Shown: positions 33,521 to 47,180, counted from the first letter of the whole stretch. The stretch is 63,958 bases of DNA, filler included, from Sphacelaria rigidula (GCA_964200075.2; 10 parts of 10 records of this genome joined end to end with filler, not necessarily neighbours in it); one strand, 5' to 3'. Numbers and translations are program-made. The notes: a model not told the origin generated them from the sequence alone.

Positions 33521-36215
33521 TCCTTCGATGGGCAACGCTGCCGTTGCTTCTATCTGCTCCTGGACGAGCTGCGAGGGCGTCGGACCAGAAGAGAGTTCGT
33601 CGGTTTGTCTACGGTTGTCGGGGGTTTGGACTCTTCTTGGGGGGCCGCTTCGTCCGGGATTCGCAGCAGAGGACGGATCCGCGGAAGACGAGCGGGTAGA
33701 CGCGTGGCGGTCAACAGGGTTGTCGAGAGCACATAAATGAAACGTTTGCATCATTAGGCGGATATATCTCAGCAGTATACAAGTTGCAGACGGGTTTGTT
33801 TTTGGGAATGGTTCTTGGGAGCCTTCATGAGCATCGAAATATTTACAAAAGAACGACGCGAACACACTCTCCGGTCGTGACGTGTGGCTTCGCTTATCCA
33901 GAACAATATGTGGTCTGTATGTGTTGTCATCCCATAGATCTTGAACGCCAGGGAATGTATTTCCGCATATTATATTGAGTGGCGTATCAGCTGAGGTCAC
34001 ACAGAAGGAAGGTCAACGCAGAGGCTTTTGTATTTTTTCATGTGGATTCAGCACCCCACCTTCCTACTGCAGTATCACCACTCAGTGATTCCCGGACATG
34101 GAGTATCACTTGGTTATGCCCTTAATACTTTGCCCATTTGCAAAGCTCTACCCCCAGATATTGATCAACTGAGGTGAGGATCCAATGGTCTACCCTATAT
34201 TTTGACTGCTAGTGGTACGATTGATCAAAATACCCAGGCATGAAGCAAACCCTACCAGACTTCCCCTCGAAACCGTACAGAAACGTGGGAGTCACACAAA
34301 ACATTATTTTTCTCCCGTCATCGTTCAGAGCGCCCTCCTTGTAATTTTTTCCCGCACTTGTCCTATTTTGAAAGATACACCAATCCCGATATGTTCGATC
34401 TGTTCTGATATTCCCGCAGAAAAAATAGCCCACCCACGAAACCCGGATGATTGACTCAGTTCGAATTACTTTTCTCGGTATGGCACATGGTGGAAATCGG
34501 ACTCATAACATAAATGAAGCTCGTTCGGTTGAGCTTTGCGAAATTCTCAGCCGCAGGCAGGGCTAATGTTTCATTTTCCACGCGTGGTGTGTCGTACGCT
34601 AGTCGCCTTTTTGCGCGCCTGCCTTGCTTCCGCAGGATTCATGTGGATGGGCGCTCATACTCAATAGTGTACAGCCGAGATTGCTGAACAGCAGTGCAAT
34701 GTATCCCCGTAGCTTCTTCGTTCTTCTGTTTGGGTGTGAAAACGTTTTTTTTTACGCAAGACCGTCTAGACCTGGAGCCATTTGTGACAGAGGCCGGCCA
34801 CATTTTCCCCTTTTCTTTACACGGTCCTCTTTGTTGTTCTGTTCGCTTGATCCATTTTTATCCGTCTGATGCGTCTGTTCCATCGGTATGTTTTCTTACA
34901 TTTTCACTGACTGCTTCCGTTTCGTGTACCTTGGGTACCACGTTCAGCTTGTGAATAATGGCCACTCGTGGGTCCCTCGGGGCTTAGTTAATATGTGACG
35001 ATTAGTTCACCGAACGCCCCGTACCTCGCTGGCACAGTAAGTTCCCGCGGGTACAAACAGGCATATGTGCGGCATATAGTCCTCAACCTCGAAATTACTT
35101 TCTCTGTCCGGAATCATGTTCTCTCAGGGGTGTTTCGCCTACCAACTCTTCACCGCGGTTTCCGCCTTGATCCCACACTTCAAGGATCGAGACATAAAAT
35201 TATCCGGCACAACTTCCGAAATATAATACTGCTGCGTGCTTATATTTCATGGGCGTTTTACACTCAATCTTGAAGGACTTACGGGTTAACGGAGTCCTAC
35301 GAGTGAGCAGAGACTTGAGAGTCCTGCTCTCCGATGTTCTTGCTCGACCGAACCGACCTCGATCATTATTTCGAAAATTTCGATGATTTAAGCTGCTTGT
35401 CGTTTTATTGTTGCTCAGGGTGCTTCAACCTAGGCCGAGCTTTTGGACCATATACGGTTACTAACACCCCCTCGATAAACGGAGTTTCACTCCGTGTTGT
35501 TCCGACGTGGGAGAAGTTGGAAGGTATGCCCTGAGTCCGACCTGGTTGTTTTACAAACGACTACCGACCTGACACCCCCCGGCCCCCCTCCCCCGCCCCT
35601 CTCCCTCCTCGGAACGCCTCTGTCTGTCGTCTCGAGAAATGAGCAATCTCACCCCCGGCGCTGTATTATTGGAAGGGTCGTGTTGATCAGATAACGGTGT
35701 AGCGGCAGCAGCCCCTTGCTGTGTGATCCAACAGATCACTGCCCTCTTGCAGTAAGTGAGGAGAAGATGAACATGTACTTCAAGTCTCGATTTTTACTAC
35801 CCACACGTAGGAAATTGGGTGAAGAATGGTGAGGGAGACGAGTGAGAGAGTAGGGTGTAGAGCACTACCCTGTCTCGACCACCTGCGCTATGCAATCTAC
35901 TGTCGGCGCAAAGATGCAGGATATACCCTCACATTTCCCAAAATATAGGAACTCGGAACAACTTTCCCTTGTTCAACCACAAGGAATGTTGTCAATAACG
36001 TTTCAAGAAGAATCGAATACCCCGCAACCTCCCCGCCCATGCTTCTGGCTTCTGTTCGTACGTGAACTATATTGATCATTCTCCCAAGCTTCCTCGACCA
36101 ACAAGCCTGAGCATGACCTTACTGTCATCGAATAAACTACATCAGGTCGAACACTCGCTACCGTCGCTGTTTATTATAATAGGGTCACCACAACCAAATA
36201 TATATTCGGTGAAGT

Positions 36216-37200
36216 CTACATCCTACCTGGAAGGAAATCACGGTGCCTTTCGAACGTCTCTCTACCAACGGCTTCGGTCTGAATATCCGCATGCTGGTCT
36301 TGTGATTGACGATACTTCACAGAAATGTCACCACTAGCAACCAGCTCCCTGTGAAATCGTACCGCGCATCGATGTGTTTGCTGTTGGACGAGCTCAAGGG
36401 GTTTTCAACTAAGTCTATCGTGCCCTCGTTACCCTCAAAAACACCAGTGCTTTTCGGCCCCAAACCGGGCACTAGGGACCTCAGAATCCCCCTCACGTAC
36501 AGGGCCTCCTTGACACCGTCTGTCATTGCCTCATACTCTACCTCAGTAGTAGATGGGGTGGCGCACTTCTGCGTACCAAGACACCAGCATCCCCCTACAG
36601 CAAATGGCCACACCGCAAACGGAACGTCGGTTCTTCGCCTTGTGGGCGTAGTCCGCGTCAACGCACGTATCCAAGTCGAACCCAAACTGAATGCATCCTA
36701 AGTCGCTACTCTTCTTGGAAAGTAAATCTAAGTCTGACGTAAATTTAGCGTTCAAACACTCCAGTATCTCCTATGCCGCATTGTCATGAGTCGGCTTGGG
36801 ATCACGAGAGAACCGAGCGATTGCCCAAACTGCATTCGCGGTATGAGGCCTCGTCTGGTTCGCTATCCACATCGAGCTTCTCACAACCTCACGCAGAGGC
36901 ACATCCACCACGATCTCCTCCTCGCTTGCATGCCTGAGGTCTAGAGGGATGCTACGGTAGGGCTGGCACTTTTTGAGCGAAAGTGTTTTTCGGGGTGTTG
37001 AACGGGTCATTTTGAGAAGCAGCATCATTTTCACTTGAAAAAGACTGAAGATGATGCCGGTTCACGAAAAGGCCTCTGCGTGCATACAGACTGTCACCAT
37101 ACATATACCGGGGACCGCCACTCGACAAAGGAAGTCGCGGACCGACAGACACAACATTCAAAACCTAAACAGCCCAATGGTTTCCCCCAGAAACACAAAA
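36216..37200 (-). pseudogene. Ty1/Copia RT C-terminus and RNase H remnant
   Basis: MWIANQTRP...ARFSRDPK, VDADYAHKAKNRRSV.G, STTEVEY.AMTDGVKEAL, NSKHIDARY and QHADI..A.GRETFERHRDFL. Frameshifted. Confidence 0.88.
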
Positions 37201-37336
37201 TGGATATCGGCATGATATACCGAAGCTGGTCTTTTTTCCCCTAACTTTACTACTTCCTTTTCCTTAGTGACTCTGCTTTTCCGTCCTTTCTAGTATTTTC
37301 CTTCTTCTCTTTCCCTATATTTCTCCCTTTTCCGTG

Positions 37337-37980
37337 ACACAGCCCGGACATAAATATGAAATAGAGAACTGACCCTCCTTATGAAGCTATTATAACACAG
37401 CCCGGACATAGACAAGACATAAAGAAGCTCACCCCCCTTTTGATTTAACCTACCATAATACAGCCCGGGTGTAGACATGGAATGAAGACGGTAACCCTCC
37501 TTTTGATTTAACCTACCATAACACCTCCCAGACCAAGACATGAACTAGAGAAGCTAACCTTTCTTTTTATTTAACCTACCATAACACATCTCGGACAAAG
37601 ACATGGGATGAAGTAGCTAACCCCCCTTTTGATTTAACCTACCATAACACCTCCCAGACATAGACATGAACTAGAGAAGCTGACCCTCCTGTTTCTGTAA
37701 CCTACCATGACACAGCCCGGACGTAGACAGGCGATGAAGAAGCTAACCCCCGTTTTGATTTGACCTGCCATAACACAGCTCGGACAAAGACATGGAATGA
37801 AGACGGTAACCCTCCTTTTGATTTAACCTACCATAACACCTCCCAGACATAGACATGAACTAGAGAAGCTAACCTTCCTTTTTATTTAACCTACCATAGC
37901 ACAGCCTGGACATAGACATGAACTAGAGAAGCTGACCCACCGTTTTCTTTCACCAACCATAGCACACCCCGAACATGAAC
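37337..37980 (+). repeat. ~60-bp minisatellite, about 10 copies
   Basis: Repeating TTTAACCTACCATAACAC...GACATAGACATGAACTAGAGAAGCTAACC unit. Confidence 0.9.
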
Positions 37981-40586
37981 GTGGAATCGCGGAAATTAAC
38001 AGATCTACTGTCCCATATCAAGCCGGAAAACAACCGAGATTCTCCCCCCAATATCATACCCGACGTAAGACGAAAATAAATCCAAAACCTAGACATGTAA
38101 AGAGCAGCGTGAAGGTTGACCACCTTGCATGCAAATCAAATGTACAGCAGGTATAAACAGAACTGATAGGGTAGGATCATCAACCCCTCCATGTCCAATT
38201 CAACTAGAGGTTGGGGCCTCTTGGTGAGATAGCCGTAAAATCTTACCGGTTTCCATCGGGCGGTGGAAGTCTGGTCAGCCATTTCCAGAAATTTCCGACA
38301 TTGGGTGCAAAAAGCACCTTATGAAGGGAAGGTGTGNNNNNNNNNNNNNNNNNNNNNNNNNNNNNNNNNNNNNNNNNNNNTTAATTAATTAANNNNNNNN
38401 NNNNNNNNNNNNNNNNNNNNNNNNNNNNNNNNNNNNGGTGTCTCACTATTTAAACAGTACGTGGTACAATCATCCCCATTGTGCGGAGTTGAGGTTCTCT
38501 CACGCCGCACAACATGATCTAGCTCGACTACCATCATGGTTACCGCAAAAAGAACGCAAGCGCGCGAAAATAAAATTGGTAACCTGGTTGCCTAGCTTAT
38601 GCAGTGCGTGGCATATAATTCAGCGTCGTTACCAACCGACATCAACCCCATAGGGGATCCGTCCCTACAAAGCCGGGACGGAGCATGCCGGGCTTCGCCG
38701 AACCAGGCTGGGGGGGGGGGGGGGGTCCTCTTTCGAAACGTATTCCGCAATGAACGACCCGAATCGAAAGGTTCACAACTTTTAGGTTCATTTGTTTCGT
38801 GCTTGGGAGCTAGAAGCTGGACGCCTCCAGTGCTGGCTGTTTACTTCTTCCGATGAGCTACTTTCCGTGAGCTACCTCTCGGTGAGCTACTATTGGAACC
38901 GTGGGGGGTGTAGAAACTCCATGGTGTGATGCTCGTGGAGGTGCAAACTCGCGCGTGTCCGTGGCCAAGGTATTTGTTCCCTCACATGTTGAAGGCATTG
39001 AAGCTATGACCACTGCGTTACAATGGGAATCGCACGCTGGCACACCGCAGTTGCCACAGTTGTACATCCTTTGCTCTTTTGCAGTGGCGTATGCGCGCGA
39101 TAGTGTGCACAACGTCACCAGGCATGCTCCAAGGCTGAGATTTATCTTGTCTGAGGTTTTACCCGTGTGTCATCACAGATGTCTTACTGCACAGTGTCAG
39201 CCGGAAAAAGGGACACAGCACTACTGCTTGCCAGGGTTCGCAGCGATGGTGGAAGGAAAGCGTGTTCTCCGCAATGTGATGGGTGGGGTCACTTAAAAAC
39301 ACTGTACCGTAGTGGCAAGCCGAAATCAATATCTTAAATGGGATGTAGAAATGGTGTACCTGGACTCAAAGACATACAAGAAGACATGTGTCACGCCAAA
39401 GAAGGTATCTTTCAACATGCAAGGCAAGTAGCATTTTTCGGGGTACCGTGTGCAAAATTAACCCTTTGCTTACCTCTGTGTCTTGAGGATCGTCGGTGTA
39501 AACCCTTGGATCTGGTGGAAGCGGCAAGCACGTGACTCCACCAACCTGCCCTAGCGCCACTTGCACGTTCGAGACCAACGTGCTGAAGGCATCCATCACC
39601 TTCCAGAGCCGAAAGCAATGCTCGAAGATGTAAGACTGAAAGCCAAAACCCATGCTTTCAACCCGCGCTTCCAACGTGGCTAGGATTCTGGGAAAATATG
39701 GCAGATAAAATCCTAGTGAGTCGCATTTAGTGCCTTCACTGTGGTACGCAGCAGCGGGAGGAGGTACGTCCTTAAAGTGCAACTCGTACTTCTACGTGCC
39801 AAAAGCGTCGTTACCCGGTTTGTTGAAAACGGAAAATGATTGTATTATATTCGTCACTGCCCACCAGATTTTTTTTCCGGTACCTGGTTAGAAACAACGT
39901 CTCCCCACCCCTGCTCCTCCACATGAGCTCGAAGTAACGACGCGTATACAGACTGCATGACCCTCGACATGTGCGGCAGGGCTCCGATCCCGGGCAAATC
40001 ACCCACCAAAACCTGATCGTGTCAGGTAGCAAGCGAGCGAATCGACTCTTCACAGTAGTACACGACAGTTGAACGAAGACACAAAAACAGAATCAGAAGC
40101 GCCAAGTAGCCTAACGGACATTGGAAGCATTTGAAAACAAAACATGATTACATTCAAGATGACGCCTGATATGATGAACAGTTCCACCTGACCTTCCACT
40201 ATGCACAGTGGCTTTTAGGCTTCGGCACGCAGCTCTGACATCTCGCCCAAAGACAAAGGCCCTGGGAATCCGGTAGTATCACGGACAATTCGCTGGCACA
40301 CCAAAAACTCGATCGTATCTCCACACTGAGTGCCAGTGGTTGAGGCCACACATTCGATAATGCAACACAGCAAGACCTTGAATTAACCCTGGTGTGAAAT
40401 ATCAACCGTCGAATCGCCGACGTTCGCTGTGCAAGCGACCGTCACGAAGCGACATCAAACAAACAGTGTCGTAAGGCCATCCATTATTGTGAATGGCGCC
40501 AGTGACGACTGGCACGCCGCACTGGTAAGTTGTGGTGCCACGGGCACGTTACGATGGCACCTTCGGTACCCGTGACACGTCCGGGC

Positions 40587-40880
40587 GGCACTTCGAGATC
40601 GCTATCCAGACCCGGACCCAATCGAAAACAAGTGAAACATGTGACGGTTAGGGTTAGAGTTGGGGTGAGGTGCCACTGGGGAGTGCTCGTGGCACCTCGA
40701 GATCGCTTTGCAGACCCAGAACCAATCGATCGAAAAGTCATGAAACATGCGGCGGTTGGGACTACGGTTTGATTTAGGGCGAGGTGCCATGGGAAAGAGC
40801 CAGTGCCACCTCGAGATCGCTATCCCGACCCGGAACCAACCAAAAGCTAAGGAAATACACGGCGGTCCGGGTTAGGGTCG
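40587..40880 (+). repeat. Tandem ~105-115-bp repeat x3 with telomere-like GGTTAGGG words
   Basis: CACYTCGAGATCGCT...GACCCRGA.CCAA recurs at ~40589, 40693 and 40807. Confidence 0.7.
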
Positions 40881-40940
40881 TAGGATTGAGATTTTCCGCA
40901 TTATCGCCTTCACTCCAACCTCGCTTCTACATTGCCGCGT

Positions 40941-41188
40941 GACACTTTCTACGATAGCCCCCCCCCGAAAAGTGCATGGTTTTGGGAGGCAAAATCTTCA
41001 CGAAAATTGAAATGGGAAAAACTGAGCACAACGAGAAGCTGGGAATTTCCACGCTTGGGTTCGTTCTAGCCAATGTCGCCAATATGAGGTGCTCCATGCA
41101 GCCTGAACTCGAACACCAGGCGTTGTATGGCCATTTTTTTCGAGACGCTTTTAGCTGGTTTCGGGGGAGGGCTATCGTAGAAAGTGTC
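40941..41188. mobile_element. 248-bp MITE with 4-bp TSD
   Basis: Perfect 20-bp TIR GACACTTTCTACGATAGCCC / GGGCTATCGTAGAAAGTGTC. GCGT on both flanks (40937-40940 and 41189-41192). Confidence 0.85.
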
Positions 41189-42605
41189 GCGTGGTGATGA
41201 ATTGCTCCTGATAACGCTCCCTTTCTCGACTGGATCCATCCTAAAACCTGTGCGGCAACCGGTTAGATGGGGATGGAGTTGAGCAGGGAACGTATTCGAA
41301 CCACACCATAGCTAACCACACCCAGACAAGCCAATTTCACTCGGTCGCGACGAGAAACGTTTACATCGCTGTGCATACCTGTTCGGCGAACAAGTCCTGA
41401 GAAACTGGCGTGGCTTCGAGTTTCGCCGCATATACACAGGTGCTCTTGGCCGTCTGTGGCGGCTTCAGCTCAACCCTGACACGTACATCACAATCTCGAA
41501 CCCATCAGTGCATCCGTGTCAAGCATTGGTGGGGAATTCATCCCTGGATAGCAACATATCAATTTTTTACTTCGGAGAGGATTCGCATCCGTAGGAACGT
41601 CCATCTGGCGCATTCCTCCGTAATCGAAAGTACTCGTTCATTTTAACATAATATGGGCTGCGACTAAATTTAGACGGAGGAAAATGTTCCATTGCGATCG
41701 CACGAAAGGCGAGGCGAAGTAAAACACTCTCGGCGGCATATCCACGGATGTTCGTGACTCACTCTGTTGCTCACTGTTTCGAAACTATTAGATCTTATCC
41801 CGCAATTAGGCGCTTCCTCGTGGAAAAGTCAAAACGAACGGTGATGGAAGAAGAGTCGCGCACAGACAGCAAAAGCACGAAGATGAGCATACGATAACAG
41901 CTCGCCAGAAGACGACCCAGCCTGTGCAATCGTAGCGCTACTGCGAAATCCAGCTGCTTCTAGCATGATATCTATATTCCCCATGGCATCAGTATGAAGA
42001 GCTCTAGTTTCCTAGCGCAACGCGCAACATCGTTATATGACCCTGAGCACGTTCAACTGGTACACTACGGAGTGCAAAATCGCAAAAGCCGTGTGCAGCG
42101 CTTCATGTATTTTGGTAATGACCAGCCAAGCGTTCTGCTCTCCTCGCCTGAAACATCCCATAACGTGCTTCCCCATACACCCCGTGGCCTAGCGCAGAAC
42201 GAAAGTGATCCGCTATCGGCCGTGGTGTGCTCTCTATATACGCAATACCATAGGTGGAGGCAAGGCAGGCGCTGCTCCTAAAACGATGCTCATGCAGGGA
42301 GCCATGGTATCGCTTCAACGCTACTCTTGGCTGTTTGAAAATGATCTTGCGCTCTGACGGCGAACACTATAGTAGGTCACATGTATCACGGAGTGCGTGC
42401 ATTGGGTTCAACTCCCTAGTCCAGTACATCGCGACTGCAGAAACGCAGGAGTGTTCAATGATGCGAGCGACGTGGGGATGTTCAGAATAAACCCTATAGA
42501 GGAGTTGATTTGCCGAAGGAACGAGGTTGTGGGCAGATCCGACAGCATACAGCATACGAATGGCATCACGAGGCTATAGGCTCGCCCCTGACACAGTACA
42601 GCACC

Positions 42606-43338
42606 CAGGGGAATGCGCAAAAATATTTCTGGACACGTAGGCCCCAAGATCGAAAGTTCGAGTTTTCGAGGGGGGGGGGGGGGGGGAACCCCCCCTCTGT
42701 CCCTTGATATATTTTGGGGGCACCGGCGGGTGGGGCGAACTCCCGTGGGAAAGGGACCAGGTAGTAGCAGTACGACCTTCCTGCCGACTATGCGTTTGGG
42801 TTTGGTGTTTTGTGGGGGGGGGGTGGGGGTGAGGGTAACCAGCCCTCTGTCCTCTGATATATTGTCGAGGCATCGGCGGATGCGGTCAACTGCCGTGTGA
42901 AGAGATCCTTGGCATGGAAACCGATGAGATGGCGAACACGCCGCCCCCCCCGAGCTCATTATTTACCATGATTACATTTAGGGGATCATGTTTCGTGTCG
43001 TGTGCCTCGAGTACCTACCAGTAGTCCGGGCAAGTTTGGCGAGGCGTGAGATACTGTTGCTACTTTGGCTACAGGCTGTCGCTACCGTGCGCTCGTGTAC
43101 GTACATGTGTGTGAGCGTGGCCGGCATCCGAGGTCATCGAGACAGAGGGGGCAAGGAGCAGAAGCACATATACGGACGTCGCAAAGCCCGCCAGACGTTT
43201 CGGTTACTGTCACTGTTTATTAATCCATTTTTTGCAGGAAAATTAGCAAAAATATAGTCATGACAATTTTCGAAAAAATGCCCTCGGGGAGGGGGGGGAG
43301 GAGTCCGTGTCCGAAACTCTTCTCCGCGCAGCCCTCTG
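42606..43338. mobile_element. Degenerate CAG...CTG TIR element (hAT-like MITE)
   Basis: CAGGGGAATGCGCAAAAATATTTCTGGACACG vs CGTGTCCGAAACTCTTCTCCGCGCAGCCCTCTG, imperfect inverted match. TSD unclear. Confidence 0.35.
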
Positions 43339-43750
43339 CAGCCCCACTTGTAGTTTGAAGTCTCTTTTCCTGCACAATGTATGAAACGTTAATGCCGGGC
43401 GCTGATGATGGTGAATATAACCTTGAACCAAAGTACTGTATGGGGCTGCCATATTTTTGCGCCGATTTACTGCTGTGCACATACAACGCACACCAAGATG
43501 AACCACAAGGTGTGCTATTCCTAAGTGCCCTGCGTTCCCACGGGAAATTAATTCCGTATCTGGGCAAAAGTGTTGACACATATACGAAGATGTTATGCCC
43601 ACATCCAAGATCATCATTGGATTATCTTTAATGTATAGGTCACCAGTTCTGAAAGCGTCCAAGACAGTGACACATGGAACGGCACTCGCCCGTGAACTGC
43701 ATACCGCTGAAAAGGAGTCTTAGTTGGTGCTCGCGTCGTTGTTTCATCAC

Positions 43751-43884
43751 CTGAGACCCTGCTGCCCCTTGTCGCTGAAGAAGTACAGAGCGGACGGGTC
43801 ACCGTCGTTGCCATCGAGAAAAGCGTTGACCTTGGCCAACGTCGACTCGTGGGAGCCGAACGATCGAAGGCTTTGGGCTGTCAC
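43751..43884 (-). CDS. Putative exon of an unidentified gene
   Basis: Acceptor ttcgttcccacag and donor AG|gtgatg. GC-rich codons: VTAQSLRSFGSHESTLAKVNAFLDGNDGDPSALYFFSDKGQQGL. No family recognised. Confidence 0.35.
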
Positions 43885-45361
43885 CTGTGGGAACGAATGT
43901 GCCACCTGCCCGCCGCAAGCCGTGTTTTCGTAAGAGTGTTGCGGTGCGTAACGCAAGAACCGTGCAGCTTGTCACAGTTTGAATTCAATCAAATTCTGCT
44001 ATCGGGAGCACTCCTCGGATGTTGAGGCCCCAGCATCATGCCGTTGGTTCAACCACGACTACAGGGGAAAATGTACAGTCACATCGGGGGACCAGCTACC
44101 CCTGTCTACCGATCTTATTGGCTACTAACACGGGATCTCGGAGCACGAGAACGAGAGTTTCCTATGGGAACGAACTGAGGTCGGAATTTCAAAACATTTT
44201 GACTAACGGTGCCGGTCAAAGGTACCCTTCGCCCCCCCTCGGGTGGAACGGTGAGGTCAGAGGCACTGGAGATTCTACCTCGGTATGTGTTGGAGACACC
44301 GCGGCATTCGTTTGTTGCGTTGTTGTGAGGTAGACCGAGCACGACCCGACATCACGGGACCGGGACGGGCACAAGAAAGCTGAGCGTTTGAGGAACCAAA
44401 GTAGACCAAGCTGCGCCCCACGCGTGGTATGTGTACAGGACGATAGAGCTTTGATCTCCTTCTCTAGGATCATTGCAAAAACACGAGCAAGTAGTCGCAG
44501 TTATCTAACTCGCGACGCGTGGGTCCATTGATCGGTTTTCGCGATCCGACGGTGTAACGACAATTGATTACGACGTGCTTCTTCCAGAGAGATTACGACT
44601 TGCTTGTCCCAGAGAAATACCAACACAAGCACCCGACCGCCCACACTGCAGCAATAGTCATGCTACGGTTGGGGGGGGGGGGCGTACTCATTTGTTGCTT
44701 GCCTTAGTCGTTTGACCATTGACCACGCATCCCTTTCGAGACNNNNNNNNNNNNNNNNNNNNNNNNNNNNNNNNNNNNNNNNNNNNTTAATTAATTAANN
44801 NNNNNNNNNNNNNNNNNNNNNNNNNNNNNNNNNNNNNNNNNNATCGCAAGCGGGGTAAGTGTTGGGTTGGGTTTTCTCCTTCCATCAAAAAAAAAAAAAA
44901 AAATGAACGCACGCTACTTTGCCGTTGAGGACGTGAACACGATTCTCGCACACCGCCTACATCATTCTCGGGCGCGAAGGAATGTTTGGTACACAGTGCA
45001 CCACAACGTGACATTGCAGCAAAGCAAACCAGCGCGATTCCCCGGCGAAACACGTCCCTAGGCAAGCATTATTCAAGTCGGAGGTACACACCAGCTTGCT
45101 CGCACTCCACGGCGCTGAGGCATGTTCATCCAACAGATCCGGCGCGGCAGGGTTGTCAATCGTAGGCAAGCCATGACCCCGGGAAGAGCAGACAAATAAT
45201 GCTTGCCGGTCGACGGGCGATTCTGCTTCCAATACACGTCAACGAAATTGTTTCCCACCATTATTCTCTAAATGCTGAGCTGTATAGCCTACATCAGTCT
45301 AGTACATGGCAATCCCGCAGTTGTTGGAGCATGGTTTTTGTAGGCGTAGGAGCGTCCTTAC

Positions 45362-45439
45362 CGAGATTGTCCCGTGGCGTGCCGCGCTGACGAGCTTGTC
45401 CACCGAATCTCCCGGCCTCTTCTTCAGCGCAGTCATCGC
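45362..45439 (-). CDS. SBNO: Strawberry notch homologue, exon
   Basis: cag|AMTALKKRPGDSVDKLVSAARHGTIS|gtaagg. Continues after LQSTGE (cf. SBNO FVSTAKG). Confidence 0.7.
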
Positions 45440-46150
45440 CTGGGCAAGGCACAACAGTGAGTGGAGTGGTGAGACGTCGAAACGTTTCAAATGTTGAAAA
45501 AAATGCCACCGGAAAACAAGAAAAAAAGCGACGCCAAGTCTGTCCGTCTGCCGGAACAGACAGAGATGACACCCCAAGTACACACACGCGAGGTGTCGTC
45601 TGTATTAGCGGGCTTGGGTGATGCACGTGCGCAGAGCTACCTCGCCGTATACGCTCCCACCATCATACGTGCTCTGCCTTGTAGCACACGCCACGTGGCG
45701 AGATAGCCGTAAGGCCTCACAACTGCCACACCCTGATGGAACAAAACGAAATAATGGTACATCGCGTTGATCACTCGCCTCAGCTACTACTGTGATTACC
45801 ATCGAGCATCGAACATCAAGCATCAAGCATCAAGCGTCGAGCATGCACGGCGAACAAGCGAGATCAGCTTATTAAATTACTTATGCCAATGACTTTTGCT
45901 CCCCACGTTCTCCGGGCGAAGGACGTTTCTTCTTGTGCCTTTTGGTAATTGTGAACACCAAACTTTCAACGTTCCGTTTTTGCCCTCTGCTGTTGCCAGT
46001 GCTGCACCGCTGCGTGCAAAGTATGTACCGCTGGGGCTAGAACGCATCCACGCGAACAAAATGTAAACACACACAAACAAGATCTCACATAAAACACCAA
46101 AGGGCACTTCGTGCGCTTGTCACCATGACGTTATGTAATGAAAGGCGTAC

Positions 46151-46306
46151 CTTGTCCATACCGCTTTCCCCTGTGCTCTGCAGTCCAACGACAACGCTCA
46201 TGCCCGCATCTAAGACCTCTTTAGATTGTTGCACCACGAACGGTACCTTGGCGCAGTTTGCCATCTCCTTGAAAAAACGCTGCTGTTGTCCCCAGAATTG
46301 CCGCAT
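46151..46306 (-). CDS. SBNO: Strawberry notch homologue, exon
   Basis: MRQFWGQQQRFFKEMANCAKV...VVVGLQSTGESG matches SBNO QFWSAHQRFFK...VVIGLQSTGE. AG/GT boundaries. Confidence 0.93.
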
Positions 46307-47027
46307 CTGCTCGCACGCGGACATACACAGTACATACAGTACGACAAGCTGATTTTTTTTAGGAGGCTGCTCTCGAAATGGATTCGAAACACGAGGACAT
46401 CGGAGGGAGAGCCTCTTGTGGAACGAACTATTACTGTGAAGTGGTCGGGATTTCTGCGACAGACAGCATTTCACACTTTCAAGACACCACAAGTCTCAAG
46501 TTCTCCACAATATCGAAATCAGATCGGGCAGGTGTTGCATTGGCCAAGGGAAACGTATCATGCCCCTGTCAAACCATGGGATTCGTGGTGAATGAGTGGA
46601 CCGACAGGCTACCTCGACGTGTCACACCTTTTGCCATCTGCCACAAATGCGTCACACTACGACCAGGCCGCTAGCGTCCGATTTGAGGGAGGGAGAGGGG
46701 CACCACACATTCACCATCTCCGGGTTTGATATGTACTATTACGACCATCATGATTCATGGCTCAGTCTCCTCCACGTGTTGACGGACGAGGGCCCACCTA
46801 GGTACCTCCATGTCGGCGGGACATCACATCAACTTCAAACCCCTGCAGGGAATGACAAAAACGCCCGAATACAAAGCCATGCTTTCCTCGCTGCAGGAAA
46901 GCCTAACACTCGCGGCAGGTCATTTGTGCGCCCAGACATGGTTGTAGCAGACGTGGTGTATGTCGTGCATCACGAGTATTGCTCAAATGTTCACAAGTAC
47001 AAGTATGGTGAATTGTGAATCCCTGAC

Positions 47028-47180
47028 CGGCGAGCAGACGTGGCCGTTCTTGCACTTGTCCGCCTTGCACATGCCACTGTGTCCGCACAGACTGGCTGCC
47101 TTCTCCAACTCCCGCCTCAAGTCCATCCAGAACGAAACGGCGGAGTCATACATCGTCACCGTCGACTCCGGTAGCTGGGC
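47028..47180 (-). CDS. SBNO: Strawberry notch homologue, exon
   Basis: cag|AQLPESTVTMYDSAVSFWMDLRRELEKA...|gtcagg. Matches SBNO MY..AV..W. Confidence 0.85.

Noticed and set aside
37337..37980. Regular ~60-bp periodicity as a possible CRISPR array
   Set aside because: The whole unit repeats with point variation, there are no unique spacers or cas genes, and the context is eukaryotic. It is a minisatellite.
40645..40665. TTAGGG-like words here and at 52833-52860 as telomere
   Set aside because: Only one or two degenerate units embedded in dispersed repeats, not a telomeric tract.
44370..44473. MILEKEIK...GLLWFLKRS resembling glycolipid transfer protein
   Set aside because: The match is short, has an extra residue in the WLKR motif, and no supporting GLTP exons were found.
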